From: Verrucomicrobiota bacterium
GTDB lineage: Bacteria > Verrucomicrobiota > Verrucomicrobiia > Limisphaerales > AAA164-E04
Length of the DNA: 43,286 nucleotides
Direction: 5' to 3'
Assembly (NCBI GenBank): GCA_023257935.1
Contig: JALRAZ010000220.1
Location: 1-43,286, forward strand
The position numbers were made by a program, and so were the translations under genes. Position 1 is the first letter of the stretch, and each line of letters starts with the position of its first letter. This document shows positions 1-8,859 of this stretch, piece by piece. The notes under the pieces were generated by a model. That model saw only the letters and a program-made list of their open reading frames with translations. It was not told the DNA's origin and did not search any database.

Positions 1-80
1 TGAATGCTCCAGCCATGTGAGTCATAGCTGGAGTGCAAAAAGCTTGGATCTATTTTCGGTATCTTGTGCTTGATGGGTGG

Positions 81-362
81 CTAAAGGATAAGGTGATGCT
101 CTTGTGAAAACCGATCTTCAAACACACTCAACCAAACTATAGCCTGCTTCCATTGGGTCTTCAAAAAAATCATGATTCCCTGAGTGCAAGGGGTGAAATT
201 TAATGCAAACTGCCCGAAAGTTGCACAACGTTCCGTGGGTTCTTTAGACCCCCAGTGGATACCTGAACCCTGTGCCATAGTGCCGACCGGCCCCGTCAAC
301 AGCGACTTTATCAGCCATGAGAGGACCAGTACGGAAACTTTGAAAGGCATCTTATCAGGCAT
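81..362 (-). CDS. hypothetical small protein (93 aa), no recognisable family; may be non-coding
   Basis: ATG ORF 30 nt downstream of the YqgE/AlgH gene on the same strand. No motif recognised and no clear RBS. Confidence 0.25.
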   Translation of the reverse strand: MPDKMPFKVSVLVLSWLIKSLLTGPVGTMAQGSGIHWGSKEPTERCATFGQFALNFTPCTQGIMIFLKTQWKQAIVWLSVFEDRFSQEHHLIL

Positions 363-391
363 GGATCGAGCTCAGGGATTGGATTGAATTT

Positions 392-952
392 TCAATTGGC
401 CTCCAAATCCTCTGGTGCCTCCGCCATCAGTCTTTCCTCCCAGCCTCTCTGGCACATAATGTGTTTCCAGAGTTTGGCTGGATCTTGCTCAAATAGCAGT
501 TTTTGGCTTGGTGTGTGAATCAACCAGGCTTCGCGTTGCAGTTCATCCTCCAGCTGGCCAGGGCTCCATCCTGCGTAGCCAGAAAAGAGTCGAAATGCCC
601 GTTGAGGCGAATAGTGCTGCAGTCGTTCGCTTAGCTCGTCTAGATCATGTCCCATGCCGACGCCAGGGAAGACTTCGTTGTGTTCGATGAAGGCATCGGT
701 CCAAAGGAAACTCATCGCTCCAGGTTGCACGGGCCCACCAATAAAAATGGGTCGATTCTGAAGCGGTTCTGGCAGTTTAAGGGCTGATTTTAATCCATGG
801 TTAGACCCAAGGCTGCGGTTGAGCATCAGGCCAAAAGCTCCTTGATCGTCATGATGGCAGATCAGTACAACCGACCGATGGAAAAAGGAGCCAGCCAAGT
901 TGCCGCCATCTAGGAGCAATTGCCCTTTCAGGGATGAATCTGCTTGAGTCAT
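392..952 (-). CDS. YqgE/AlgH family (UPF0301) protein
   Basis: 186 aa. N-terminal 'LLLDGGNLAGSFFHRSVVLICHHDDQGAFGLMLNR' and 'FIGGPV', 'SGYAGWSPGQLEDEL' are typical of UPF0301. ATG confirmed at 950-952. Confidence 0.85.
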   Translation of the reverse strand: MTQADSSLKGQLLLDGGNLAGSFFHRSVVLICHHDDQGAFGLMLNRSLGSNHGLKSALKLPEPLQNRPIFIGGPVQPGAMSFLWTDAFIEHNEVFPGVGMGHDLDELSERLQHYSPQRAFRLFSGYAGWSPGQLEDELQREAWLIHTPSQKLLFEQDPAKLWKHIMCQRGWEERLMAEAPEDLEAN

Positions 953-1085
953 ATTCGTTTGTTATCAGGTGCCTTGGTAGAATGCGCAACCGCTTCGGTG
1001 AATTGCTTTTCATGCAAAGCGCGCTCTTGAATCATAGGATCACTCGTGTCTTAATATCATCTCAATTGGGTTATTTGTCCAAGCT

Positions 1086-1301
1086 ATGCCTATTTACGAA
1101 TTTTCATGTGATGATTGCAACGTGGAGCACGAACAATTGGTTCGCTCGCATGACACATCCAATCTGTCCTGCCCATCATGCGGGTCATCCAAGCTAAGCA
1201 AGAAACTCAGTGTCTTTGCAGCGGCATCTAGTGATCAGGCCTCCATCCCGGACTGTTCAGGGAATCCCTCCTCATGTGGACGATGTCAGTTTGATAACTA
1301 A
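1086..1301 (+). CDS. FmdB-family (CxxC_CxxC_SSSS) zinc-ribbon protein
   Basis: 71 aa starting 'MPIYEFSCDDC...' with a second CxxC pair 'CPSCGSSKLSKKLS', the hallmark of this family. Confidence 0.85.
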   Translation: MPIYEFSCDDCNVEHEQLVRSHDTSNLSCPSCGSSKLSKKLSVFAAASSDQASIPDCSGNPSSCGRCQFDN

Positions 1302-1316
1302 CTATTCCCGTTCTCA

Positions 1317-2312
1317 TCAGGGAAGTTCGAAGTGTGCTTTCACAAACCCATCAAGTTTCTCCACAGCTGATGCACTGGTCACCGCGTCTAAACAGTGCGG
1401 CACATCAAACCGGCACGCATCAAAGCAGGGTTTGTAGGGACAGTCTCCTCCTTCGATAACCTCGCCTTTGGGGTGCGCAGGGCGGAACCAGTCTGTTCGC
1501 TGAGGTCCGAAAACAGTCAGGGTGGCCACATTCATGGCAGCAGCCAGATGTCCTGGGCCTGAGTCATTCCCGATGAATGCCTCAGCCCCTCTGAGGACTT
1601 GCGCCAGTTCGGATACGCTCTGGCAGACCCTTGCATTTCTACCGTGCGAGGCCCACAAGGGCTGCTGCTCTGGATCGCAGAGGATATCCACTTCAACGGA
1701 TCTTTCCTCGAGCCATTCTATCAGGGTCTGGAAGCGGTCCAAGGGCCATTGTCTGACAGCTTGAGCTGCTCCAGTATGAACCACACAACGTAGGAGGCGG
1801 GGTTTGGGGAGCTGTTTTCCTTGGTGAACCTTCGGCTCGTAGGGATCGAGGTTGATGCCGATCGTCTTCCCGATGGCCACCCATTGATTGAACCGATGCG
1901 ACTGATCCGGGTGCATGAAGATTGGGTCGGTAAGTAGACACTGGCTCCCCCGGCGTTTAAATCCAACTCGACGTTTGGCACGAGTCATCCACATCAGTGC
2001 GTGATCCCTGGGATCCCAACGACCCGAAACCGCAATGTCAAAATGGTGATCGCGTAATTGCTTGAGCAATTGCCTCATGGATCGCCACGGCCACCTTGTG
2101 AGCTGATACTTGCCATGGAAGGCAGTCCATGGAGCATGAAAGGTGATCACTTCAGCATGGGGCCACAGTAAGTCTCGGAGGTCCTTTGCGTAGGGTTTAG
2201 CCAGAACAGTAACCTCGTGAGTCAGGGAGGCCTTGCTGATGAATTGTGAGGCGATGGCAAGATCTCCAAGTCCCCACAGCTCCAGCACTAGGAGCTTGGC
2301 TTTGTCTGTCAT
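1317..2312 (-). CDS. glycosyltransferase family 9 (LPS heptosyltransferase-like)
   Basis: 'LELWGLGDL' N-terminal motif and C-terminal 'GNDSGPGHLAAAMNVATLTVFGP'. Start trimmed to the ATG at 2312, which overlaps the upstream TGA (ATGA). The track start at 2342 is a GTG. Confidence 0.85.
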   Translation of the reverse strand: MTDKAKLLVLELWGLGDLAIASQFISKASLTHEVTVLAKPYAKDLRDLLWPHAEVITFHAPWTAFHGKYQLTRWPWRSMRQLLKQLRDHHFDIAVSGRWDPRDHALMWMTRAKRRVGFKRRGSQCLLTDPIFMHPDQSHRFNQWVAIGKTIGINLDPYEPKVHQGKQLPKPRLLRCVVHTGAAQAVRQWPLDRFQTLIEWLEERSVEVDILCDPEQQPLWASHGRNARVCQSVSELAQVLRGAEAFIGNDSGPGHLAAAMNVATLTVFGPQRTDWFRPAHPKGEVIEGGDCPYKPCFDACRFDVPHCLDAVTSASAVEKLDGFVKAHFELP

Positions 2313-2962
2313 GGCTTCTGGGCCACCAAGTATGCCGACCACCCGATCCAGTGGATGCGAGCGGTGAGTTTCTGGCGCGAAGATGGGAGGAGGGCAAAGA
2401 AGGGCCAGGAGGAGGCAAAGAGAAGATTACGGGAAGTTCCCGATGCCTTGATCACAAAGCCCTCCCGCCGAGCCAGCTGCGCCAGTGCTCCCATGCTTAC
2501 CAGCTTGGTGTGAGAGAGATCATCCCAGAAGTTCATGGTAAAAGTGCCAACTGCGGGGCCACACACACTGCTCAAAGCAGTGGTTTTCGGATGGGGAGTT
2601 TCGATGTAAAGTTGCCCTCCGGGTTTGAGAAGACGGAAGGATTCCGCAAGCAGCAAATCAAGGCGGTCGAGGTGTTCGACCAGATGCATGCAAGTAATGG
2701 TGTCGAGGGTCGCATCCTCCCAGGGTAAGGACTCTTTATTGAGGTCACCCCGATGGAAACAGCAGTTGGGTGGATAGGCCTCTGGCTTGCCCTCAATATC
2801 GGTGGCAAAGAAACACAGGTCAGGACGCATTTCGTGAAAATGCCTGAGGGTTTCACCATCGGATGAACCGACATCCAGTAAATTGCCACCGTGGGGTGTT
2901 CTGGACAGGTAAAGGGATCGTGTGTCAATCCACGGGACAAGCTTGAGCCATTTCCAGTTCAT
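2309..2962 (-). CDS. class I SAM-dependent methyltransferase
   Basis: Motif I 'LLDVGSSDGETL' and post-I/II 'LKPGGQLYIETP'. 217 aa. Confidence 0.8.
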   Translation of the reverse strand: MNWKWLKLVPWIDTRSLYLSRTPHGGNLLDVGSSDGETLRHFHEMRPDLCFFATDIEGKPEAYPPNCCFHRGDLNKESLPWEDATLDTITCMHLVEHLDRLDLLLAESFRLLKPGGQLYIETPHPKTTALSSVCGPAVGTFTMNFWDDLSHTKLVSMGALAQLARREGFVIKASGTSRNLLFASSWPFFALLPSSRQKLTARIHWIGWSAYLVAQKP

Positions 2963-3005
2963 GATGCTCTAGGGAGTATCTCTGATTGAATCATCAGGTC
3001 AAACC

Positions 3006-4124
3006 TCACTTCAATTGTTGATAGAGTTCCAGGTACTGATCGAGGACCACCGTAGCAGATCGATGGCTTACTGATTGGCGAATGGCCTCAGGGGAGGCTC
3101 CAGGGACAGGATTCTTGATCAGGGCTTTGAGTGCCTCAGCCAGTGAATTGGGATCGTCCGGAGTGAAGGTTCGGCCACACCCAGGTTTGACAATGTCAAT
3201 GTTGCCACCACTCGCACTGACCAGAGCAGGGCAGCCCAAGGCCAGTGCTTCCATGAGGGCAACTGAACAGGGTTCGTTGGTGGATGGTAGGATGAACCAG
3301 TCGGCGGATCGGATCTTGGCCTCAACCTCTCTGGTGGGGCCATGGAGCTTGAAGCATGCCCCAATGGATGGGTCTTGAAGCTTCGCTTTGAGCTGGCTTG
3401 CGAAGACTTGTGCTTCAGGTAAATCAGGGATGGGGCCCCAAATGTGAAACTGTAGGCATGCTCTTTGATGAGGCTCGAGTCGACTCAGAGCCTCGAGGAT
3501 GAGATCCCATTTTTTCCAACCGATGATGTTTCCCACTCCGACCAGCTGGATAGGCTGATCCGCTGAAGGCCGACCGGGTTGCTTGACGGGTCGCTCAAGC
3601 AGGGATGCGTCATAGCAGGCTGAAATGATGCTTGTTTTGCTGGCGGAGTAGTCCAGTCGATAATGCTTCGCCATGTTGGGAGTCAACAGGACAGTGTGCA
3701 TTCGATGCTGTCGGCTTGCCCAACGATAGAGTCCTGTGCGCTGGGCGTAGTTGTGGTTGGTAAAAAGGACCCTGCGCTGCATTCTTTTCGCCACAAGGAT
3801 CCCAATAAGCAAGGTGCCTCTGGAATGAGCATGGATCACATCGAAGGCTTCTTCTTCAAGAAGAGCCTTCAACTCCCTGTAGGCTGGCCATGCCATGGCA
3901 AGCAATTTCCAGTGGTTGACCGATTCAGCAATCACTGAGCTTGCATGGCGGTAAGTGAGGGGGGGGGTGCGTTTTTCCTGATAGCCTTGTTTAACCCAGA
4001 CGACATGCTCTAGCTGGTTCTTAGAGCTGACTCCTTGTAGGTTACGGATGACCGAAAGGACGCCACCTGCGTCTTCGTGGTCACCTACCAGATGAAGGAT
4101 TCTCATGGGGCGTTCTTGGTGCAT
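3006..4124 (-). CDS. glycosyltransferase family 4 (GT-B fold, group 1)
   Basis: 'MRILHLVGDHEDAGGV' N-terminus and C-terminal 'PSTNEPCSVALMEALALGCPALVSASGG' (EX7E-like). Start trimmed to the ATG at 4124 (alternative 4106), 13 nt after the upstream stop. The track extension to 4280 overlaps the LptF/G gene. Confidence 0.8.
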   Translation of the reverse strand: MHQERPMRILHLVGDHEDAGGVLSVIRNLQGVSSKNQLEHVVWVKQGYQEKRTPPLTYRHASSVIAESVNHWKLLAMAWPAYRELKALLEEEAFDVIHAHSRGTLLIGILVAKRMQRRVLFTNHNYAQRTGLYRWASRQHRMHTVLLTPNMAKHYRLDYSASKTSIISACYDASLLERPVKQPGRPSADQPIQLVGVGNIIGWKKWDLILEALSRLEPHQRACLQFHIWGPIPDLPEAQVFASQLKAKLQDPSIGACFKLHGPTREVEAKIRSADWFILPSTNEPCSVALMEALALGCPALVSASGGNIDIVKPGCGRTFTPDDPNSLAEALKALIKNPVPGASPEAIRQSVSHRSATVVLDQYLELYQQLK

Positions 4125-4137
4125 GGCTGGATCGCTT

Positions 4138-5361
4138 TTATCTATGATCAAGGCGCCACAGCAAGATCGTGCCCAACACTTGAAATAGCAGATTAGGTAA
4201 CCAAATGATAAGATGGGGTGCCAGATGAGCCTGATCTTCCAAGGCGTTGGCCAGCACAATGAAAGCGTAATAGACGGCAACTAGGATTAATGCGATGCCG
4301 ATACCCACGCTGGTTTCGCGGCGGTGAGATCGCACCCCTAAGGGGATACCTATGAGGGTAAAGGCAAAACAGGCGTAAGAAAAAGCTGCTTGCCGGTGAA
4401 TTTGAACCATGACAGGGGTGACCGGATCAAAGGGCTTGAGCATGCTTTCATTAAGTTCTTCCCTAAGTTGTGAGGCATTGAAGGAAGGGAGTGCCTTCAT
4501 ATCCTCTGCGAGCTGTCGTCGCTCCGCGAGTTCCGTCTTGAGTTGGACCAGACTCATGTGGTGCAGTTTGGGCTTTGCTTGGCGCTTGATGTCAGGTTTG
4601 AGCGTGAATGGGTCAGGAGAAAATTCCCTCGCTTTCCCGATATTCCACTGATCCTGACCAGAGGATAGCGCGTTAGTCTGCTCAGTGTCGGATCTTGATC
4701 TGGCGAGGCTGAATAAGGTGCAATCGCGCATGGAGAGGAATAGCTGTGAGGTGGCCTCATTAGCCTCAAGTAGACCGCTATCGGCAAATATTTCCATTAC
4801 TGGAACATCTCCCTCGTATTTGATGTAATGAATGTTCTCCAACTTGACGCCATTTTCCAGTGAGGTCCGTTTCTGAATCGTGATCACCTGTCCAGGAATG
4901 TCTGTCATGGGAACTCCGGGTTGCAGCAGATCGGTCAATTCACCAATATCCACCTCCCGAATGAGATCTTTGTAGGCAGCTCGGCAGCGAGGAGCCACGT
5001 CCGTGTTGATCCAAGCGCAGAGCAAGCTTGTGAGTAAACTGATGATCAGGATGGGAAGGGAAAGTCGCACCAGACTCACACCACTGGACCTCAGAGCAGT
5101 CAGTTCTTGGTCAGCGCTCAGTCTGCCAAAGAGCAGAAGACAGGCTGTTAGCATCCCCATGGGCAATGCGTAAACCAACACGAAAGGAACGAGCAGAAGA
5201 AATGCTTTGCCCAATAAAGCAAGCGAAACACTACCACTGACCATCAGAGCCAGGATCTCCTTCATCATGTTGCCCATGAGCAGAGCGAAGGCAAAGACCA
5301 TGACCGTCAGCCCCATGACCGCCAGGGTTTGTCTGATCAGGTATAGGGTGATGGTTTTCAT
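4138..5361 (-). CDS. LptF/LptG (YjgP/YjgQ) family lipopolysaccharide export permease
   Basis: 'MKTITLYLIRQTLAVMGLTVMVFAFALL' start. TM block, then a large periplasmic loop, then C-terminal TM helices, as in YjgP/YjgQ. Confidence 0.8.
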   Translation of the reverse strand: MKTITLYLIRQTLAVMGLTVMVFAFALLMGNMMKEILALMVSGSVSLALLGKAFLLLVPFVLVYALPMGMLTACLLLFGRLSADQELTALRSSGVSLVRLSLPILIISLLTSLLCAWINTDVAPRCRAAYKDLIREVDIGELTDLLQPGVPMTDIPGQVITIQKRTSLENGVKLENIHYIKYEGDVPVMEIFADSGLLEANEATSQLFLSMRDCTLFSLARSRSDTEQTNALSSGQDQWNIGKAREFSPDPFTLKPDIKRQAKPKLHHMSLVQLKTELAERRQLAEDMKALPSFNASQLREELNESMLKPFDPVTPVMVQIHRQAAFSYACFAFTLIGIPLGVRSHRRETSVGIGIALILVAVYYAFIVLANALEDQAHLAPHLIIWLPNLLFQVLGTILLWRLDHR

Positions 5362-5429
5362 ACTCTTGCCGCTAGGTCGCTCAGCGGTTCAGCAAGGATT
5401 GATCGCTTTTCAGAGAATAGGATGTGTGC

Positions 5430-6656
5430 TCAAAGATGCTTGGGATCGCTCATCAAAGCATTGATGCGGCTCAGGAGCCTTCCGGCCGCTCCTCCATCTA
5501 AAACCCGATGGTCGAAGCTCAAGGTCAATTGTGCTTCAAGAACAGGGATGAATGCCTCCTTGCCCTCATCCCAATAAGGTGCTTTACGTCCTGCACCAAG
5601 GCCAAGGACCAAGGTTTGTTCAGGCAGGGGGATAGGGGTGGCCCAAGTCAGACCGAAGGTGCCAAAATTGGTGATGGTTGCGATGGAATTGCCAGTGGCT
5701 TGAGGTGGGAGTTTTCGATGGCGGGCCGCCTCAACAAGCTGGTTGTATTCTGCAACCATCGTTTGGAGTGGCTTGCGATCAGCTCCTCGAATGACAGGTA
5801 CCAACACGCCGTCATCCGCTTCGACGGCAAAACCTATATCGATGGATGCAGGGTGGGCAATCTGGTTGCCAATGAGCCTTCCCGCCGTCGCACTGTTTTC
5901 AGCCAGTGCCATTGCCAGAGCCCTCAGCGCATAGAGAGCGGGCCCAGGTTTTGGATCAAGCCCTGACCGATGGGCCAGGAGTGTGTCAAGCACGACAGGT
6001 TGCGCCACCGTCGCCAGGGGGCGACTCCAGCTACGCTGCATGGCATCTGCCACAGCAACCCTCATGGAAGAAGCACGCGTCAGGCGTGTCTCCTCAAGAT
6101 CGCTTAGGAAACGCTCAAAATCCTGAATAGTGACTCGGCCGCCTGCACCACTACCTGCTACCCCAGCCAGGTCTGCCTCCCGGAGACCTAGTTCGTGCAT
6201 GCGAGCTTTCATGCGAGGAGACATGTATTGGGCTCCGGTTATGTGCGCTGGTACGGGTAAGCCTTTGATGGTCGGCTTGACTCTGGCTTCACTACGACGC
6301 AGAGGTGCATCCGAAGGCAATGATGAAGGACTTGTCGGCTCTGGGGTGGGCGCCTCAGGCTTGGGCTGTGTTGAGGGTGTTTGGCTCAGAGGTTCATGGG
6401 CTGGGATTTCCTCCGAAGAAGGCTTAATCAGCCCGAGTGTCTCGCCCACAGCATAACTGTCTCCGGGTTGGACTAGGTAATGATCAATGATGCCAGCACA
6501 AGGTGCTGTCACGTTCATGGTTGCTTTCTGAGTTTCCACCTCAATGATGTCCTCACCTGCCTGAACCAGGGCGCCAGCCTGCACTAGGATATCGATGACG
6601 GTTGCTTCGGCAATGGATTCTCCAAGTTGAGGCATCAGAATGGGAGTCAGGGACAT
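5430..6656 (-). CDS. 2-oxoacid dehydrogenase complex E2 (dihydrolipoamide acyltransferase)
   Basis: Lipoyl domain ('MPQLGESIAEATV...VETQKATMNV'), Pro/Ser-rich linker, E3-binding domain and catalytic 'DHRVLDG'. Start trimmed to the ATG at 6656. The track extension overlaps the E1beta gene. Confidence 0.9.
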   Translation of the reverse strand: MSLTPILMPQLGESIAEATVIDILVQAGALVQAGEDIIEVETQKATMNVTAPCAGIIDHYLVQPGDSYAVGETLGLIKPSSEEIPAHEPLSQTPSTQPKPEAPTPEPTSPSSLPSDAPLRRSEARVKPTIKGLPVPAHITGAQYMSPRMKARMHELGLREADLAGVAGSGAGGRVTIQDFERFLSDLEETRLTRASSMRVAVADAMQRSWSRPLATVAQPVVLDTLLAHRSGLDPKPGPALYALRALAMALAENSATAGRLIGNQIAHPASIDIGFAVEADDGVLVPVIRGADRKPLQTMVAEYNQLVEAARHRKLPPQATGNSIATITNFGTFGLTWATPIPLPEQTLVLGLGAGRKAPYWDEGKEAFIPVLEAQLTLSFDHRVLDGGAAGRLLSRINALMSDPKHL

Positions 6657-6687
6657 AGTCTTTTGGCTAGAATGGTCAGTTGGGGTA

Positions 6688-7653
6688 TCAGCTGCGCAGT
6701 ACATTTCTGACAGCGGCCATGATGCTGGCCGCTGCAGGACGGTGGACCGACCAGAGTTTAGGATGATAAGGGATAGGCGTGTCCTTGGCATTGATCCGCT
6801 GAGGTGGCGCATCCAGCAGGTTGAATCCTTCAGCGACAACCCGACTGATTACCTCCGCGTTCACACCGCCCCACGGCCAACCTTCGGCGGCACAGAGCAA
6901 TCGCCCTGTTCTGGCTACCGAGGCAATGATGGTGTCAGTATCCAGTGGCTTGACTGTTCTCAGATCTACCACTTCCAGTTCGATCCCTTCAGCAGACATT
7001 TCCTCCGCCGCCTCCAGGCACTCATGAAGCATGGCACTGTATGTGACCACGGTGCAGTCTCGACCTGCCCTGGCTATTCGAGCCTTACCCAGAGGGAGGG
7101 CATCTTTCGGCAAAGACTCAGCCTTCAGGTGATAATAAAGGTATTTGTGCTCACAGAAAATCACCGGATCATCCAGTGTCACCGATTCGATCAGCATGCT
7201 GTAGGCGTCTTCCACCGTTGCCGGTGTGCAAACGACCAGGCCCGGGAAATGAGCGTAGATCGACTCAAGGCACTGGCTGTGAAAGGGACCACCTCCTGAA
7301 GTGCCGCCACTAGGAAGTCTTAAAGTGATAGGGCAGGGGGTTTCGGTTCGCCAAAACAGGGTGGCTGCCTGATTGACCACCTGATTCAGGCCCACGGTCG
7401 AAAAATCGGCAAATTGAATCTCAATAATCGGCCGCATGCCTTCAATGGCGGCTCCGACTGCAGAGCCAATCATGGCATCCTCGCTGATTGGGGCATCTAT
7501 GACCCGACCTGGGAACCGGTTGGCCAAATGCTTGGTTGCCTTGAATGCTCCGCCAAAAGCTCCAACGTCCTGGCCGTAGATGTATACCCTTGAGTCGTGC
7601 TCCAGCAGGTAGGCCTGGGCCTCTCGTATGGCTTCCAGATAGGTAACGCTCAT
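6688..7653 (-). CDS. 2-oxoacid dehydrogenase E1 component beta subunit
   Basis: Transketolase-like pyrimidine-binding and C-terminal domains ('YGQDVGAFGGAFKATK', 'DAPISEDAMIG'). Its ATG overlaps the E1alpha TGA (ATGA). Confidence 0.9.
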   Translation of the reverse strand: MSVTYLEAIREAQAYLLEHDSRVYIYGQDVGAFGGAFKATKHLANRFPGRVIDAPISEDAMIGSAVGAAIEGMRPIIEIQFADFSTVGLNQVVNQAATLFWRTETPCPITLRLPSGGTSGGGPFHSQCLESIYAHFPGLVVCTPATVEDAYSMLIESVTLDDPVIFCEHKYLYYHLKAESLPKDALPLGKARIARAGRDCTVVTYSAMLHECLEAAEEMSAEGIELEVVDLRTVKPLDTDTIIASVARTGRLLCAAEGWPWGGVNAEVISRVVAEGFNLLDAPPQRINAKDTPIPYHPKLWSVHRPAAASIMAAVRNVLRS

Positions 7654-8642
7654 GAATGCTCACAAAGTTCACGGGAGATGAGACTCTTCCATGAATGATG
7701 GTAGGGGTCTGGCGCGCCTTCGCGTTGTACCTGTTCAATACTCTGATTGATCTCCAACACCGTTTCCTCTTTCCAGATTTCCAATGATTCTTTGGAGATG
7801 TGATAATCTGACTGAAGTGTGTTTTCCGCGAGTTTCAGACAGTCCGCCCCAACTGAAGAGGCCTTCAGCTCTGGGGTGATGTAATGCGCATCATCATGTT
7901 CACCATGACCACAGAGTCGAAGCAAGTTGGCGATCACTAGCTGTGGACCCTCTCCTTGGCGAGCACGATCGGTAGCGTCCTGCATGGTTTTGAGGCAGTC
8001 CGTGAGGCTGGTCCCATCCACTTCATGGTCGCTGACTCCATAGCCGATCGCCTTTTGACTCAAGGATTGGCAAGCAAATTGACTGCTGGTAGGTGTGGAG
8101 TAAGCATATTGATTATTTGCCACCACAAGAACCAAAGGAAGTTTCTCAATCGCTGCCTGATTGATGGCCTCGTGAAAGGCTCCAGTCGAGGTAGCTCCGT
8201 CTCCGATGCTGGCGATACCCACAAACTTTTTTTCGCCCTTCATACGCTTGGCCATCAAGGCTCCATTGACCACTGAAATGCTGGCTCCCAGGTGACTGAT
8301 CATGGGGAGGTATCCTTCCTTGGGCCTGCCTCGGTGGACATTGCCATCGCGTCCCCTCATCGGGCCCATGGGTGATCCCATGCAAGTGCGCAGGGCATCC
8401 AGAGCGCTTTCGCCAAAGGCCAGGCGTCCGGCTCCATCTCTTATGAGCGGGGCATAGACATCCTGACGGTTGAGGACCATCCCCATTGAAACGCTCAAAG
8501 CCTCCTGTCCTTTGCCCAGAAACACCCCCCCAAAGATCCGTCCAGCTCGATAAAGCTGAGCCAGGCGCTCATCCAGAAGTCGCGCCATGAGCATCCACCT
8601 GTATGCTTTGATAACGCGTGCCTTGTCCAAAATGGGATTCAT
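7650..8642 (-). CDS. 2-oxoacid dehydrogenase E1 component alpha subunit (TPP-dependent)
   Basis: TPP-binding motif 'GDGATSTGAFHEAINQAAIEKLPLVLVVANNQYA'. 330 aa. Confidence 0.9.
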   Translation of the reverse strand: MNPILDKARVIKAYRWMLMARLLDERLAQLYRAGRIFGGVFLGKGQEALSVSMGMVLNRQDVYAPLIRDGAGRLAFGESALDALRTCMGSPMGPMRGRDGNVHRGRPKEGYLPMISHLGASISVVNGALMAKRMKGEKKFVGIASIGDGATSTGAFHEAINQAAIEKLPLVLVVANNQYAYSTPTSSQFACQSLSQKAIGYGVSDHEVDGTSLTDCLKTMQDATDRARQGEGPQLVIANLLRLCGHGEHDDAHYITPELKASSVGADCLKLAENTLQSDYHISKESLEIWKEETVLEINQSIEQVQREGAPDPYHHSWKSLISRELCEHS

Positions 8643-8859
8643 ATTTGCTGACGACGAATCCGTGATGCACGGATCACTTCCATCTTAGTTCCCACCCTCT
8701 AGGTTAGGCAACGGTTTAAATTGCTGCTCGCATGACTCAAGCCAGCTTAAAGCTGGTCACACTCGAGCCACGCGGGGAGTTTTGAGTTTGGCCTGGTCAT
8801 GATTTTGAACTCGGGAATTGTCACTTGCCAGCTTGGGGATGGACTCCATAATTACACCC

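Noticed and set aside
1-83. In-frame TAG at 81-83, followed by an open frame to the left window edge. This might indicate a read-through or pseudogenised longer gene. Possible ATGs at 25 and 16 lead leftwards, and a plus-strand frame ends at TGA 71-73.
   Set aside because: Only about 26 codons are visible. An open frame of that length is expected by chance roughly a quarter of the time, and there are no motifs to support any reading.
2246-2728. 160-aa plus-strand ORF antisense to the methyltransferase. Similar long antisense ORFs occur at 5508-5966, 6130-6456, 6640-7299, 11865-12569, 13164-13553, 20720-21115 and 42506-42991.
   Set aside because: Each lies entirely inside a well-supported gene on the opposite strand or in another frame. 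Their low-complexity, Arg/Ser/Gly/Trp-rich translations have no motifs. This is typical of shadow ORFs.
4125-4280. N-terminal extensions of track ORFs that overlap the upstream gene. Affected ORFs: 3006-4280, 5430-6839, 9804-10433, 10488-11870, 16408-18462, 18316-20544, 24428-25957, 27269-29014 and 28780-30096.
   Set aside because: The extensions overlap neighbouring, motif-supported genes, or in the case of 9804-10433 a terminator hairpin. Internal ATGs sit right after the upstream stop and restore family-typical N-termini or signal peptides.
5430-8642. The E1alpha-E1beta-E2 operon lacks an E3 (lipoamide dehydrogenase) gene.
   Set aside because: E3 is commonly encoded elsewhere and shared among complexes, so this is not unusual.
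8643-8859. Possible riboswitch or ncRNA in the ~200-nt spacer upstream of the E1alpha gene. It contains small hairpins atccgtg-atg-cacggat at 8658-8674 and ccagctt-a-aagctgg at 8742-8756.
   Set aside because: There is no resemblance to any riboswitch, SRP, 6S or tmRNA consensus I can recall. Short hairpins like these are common in divergent promoter regions.
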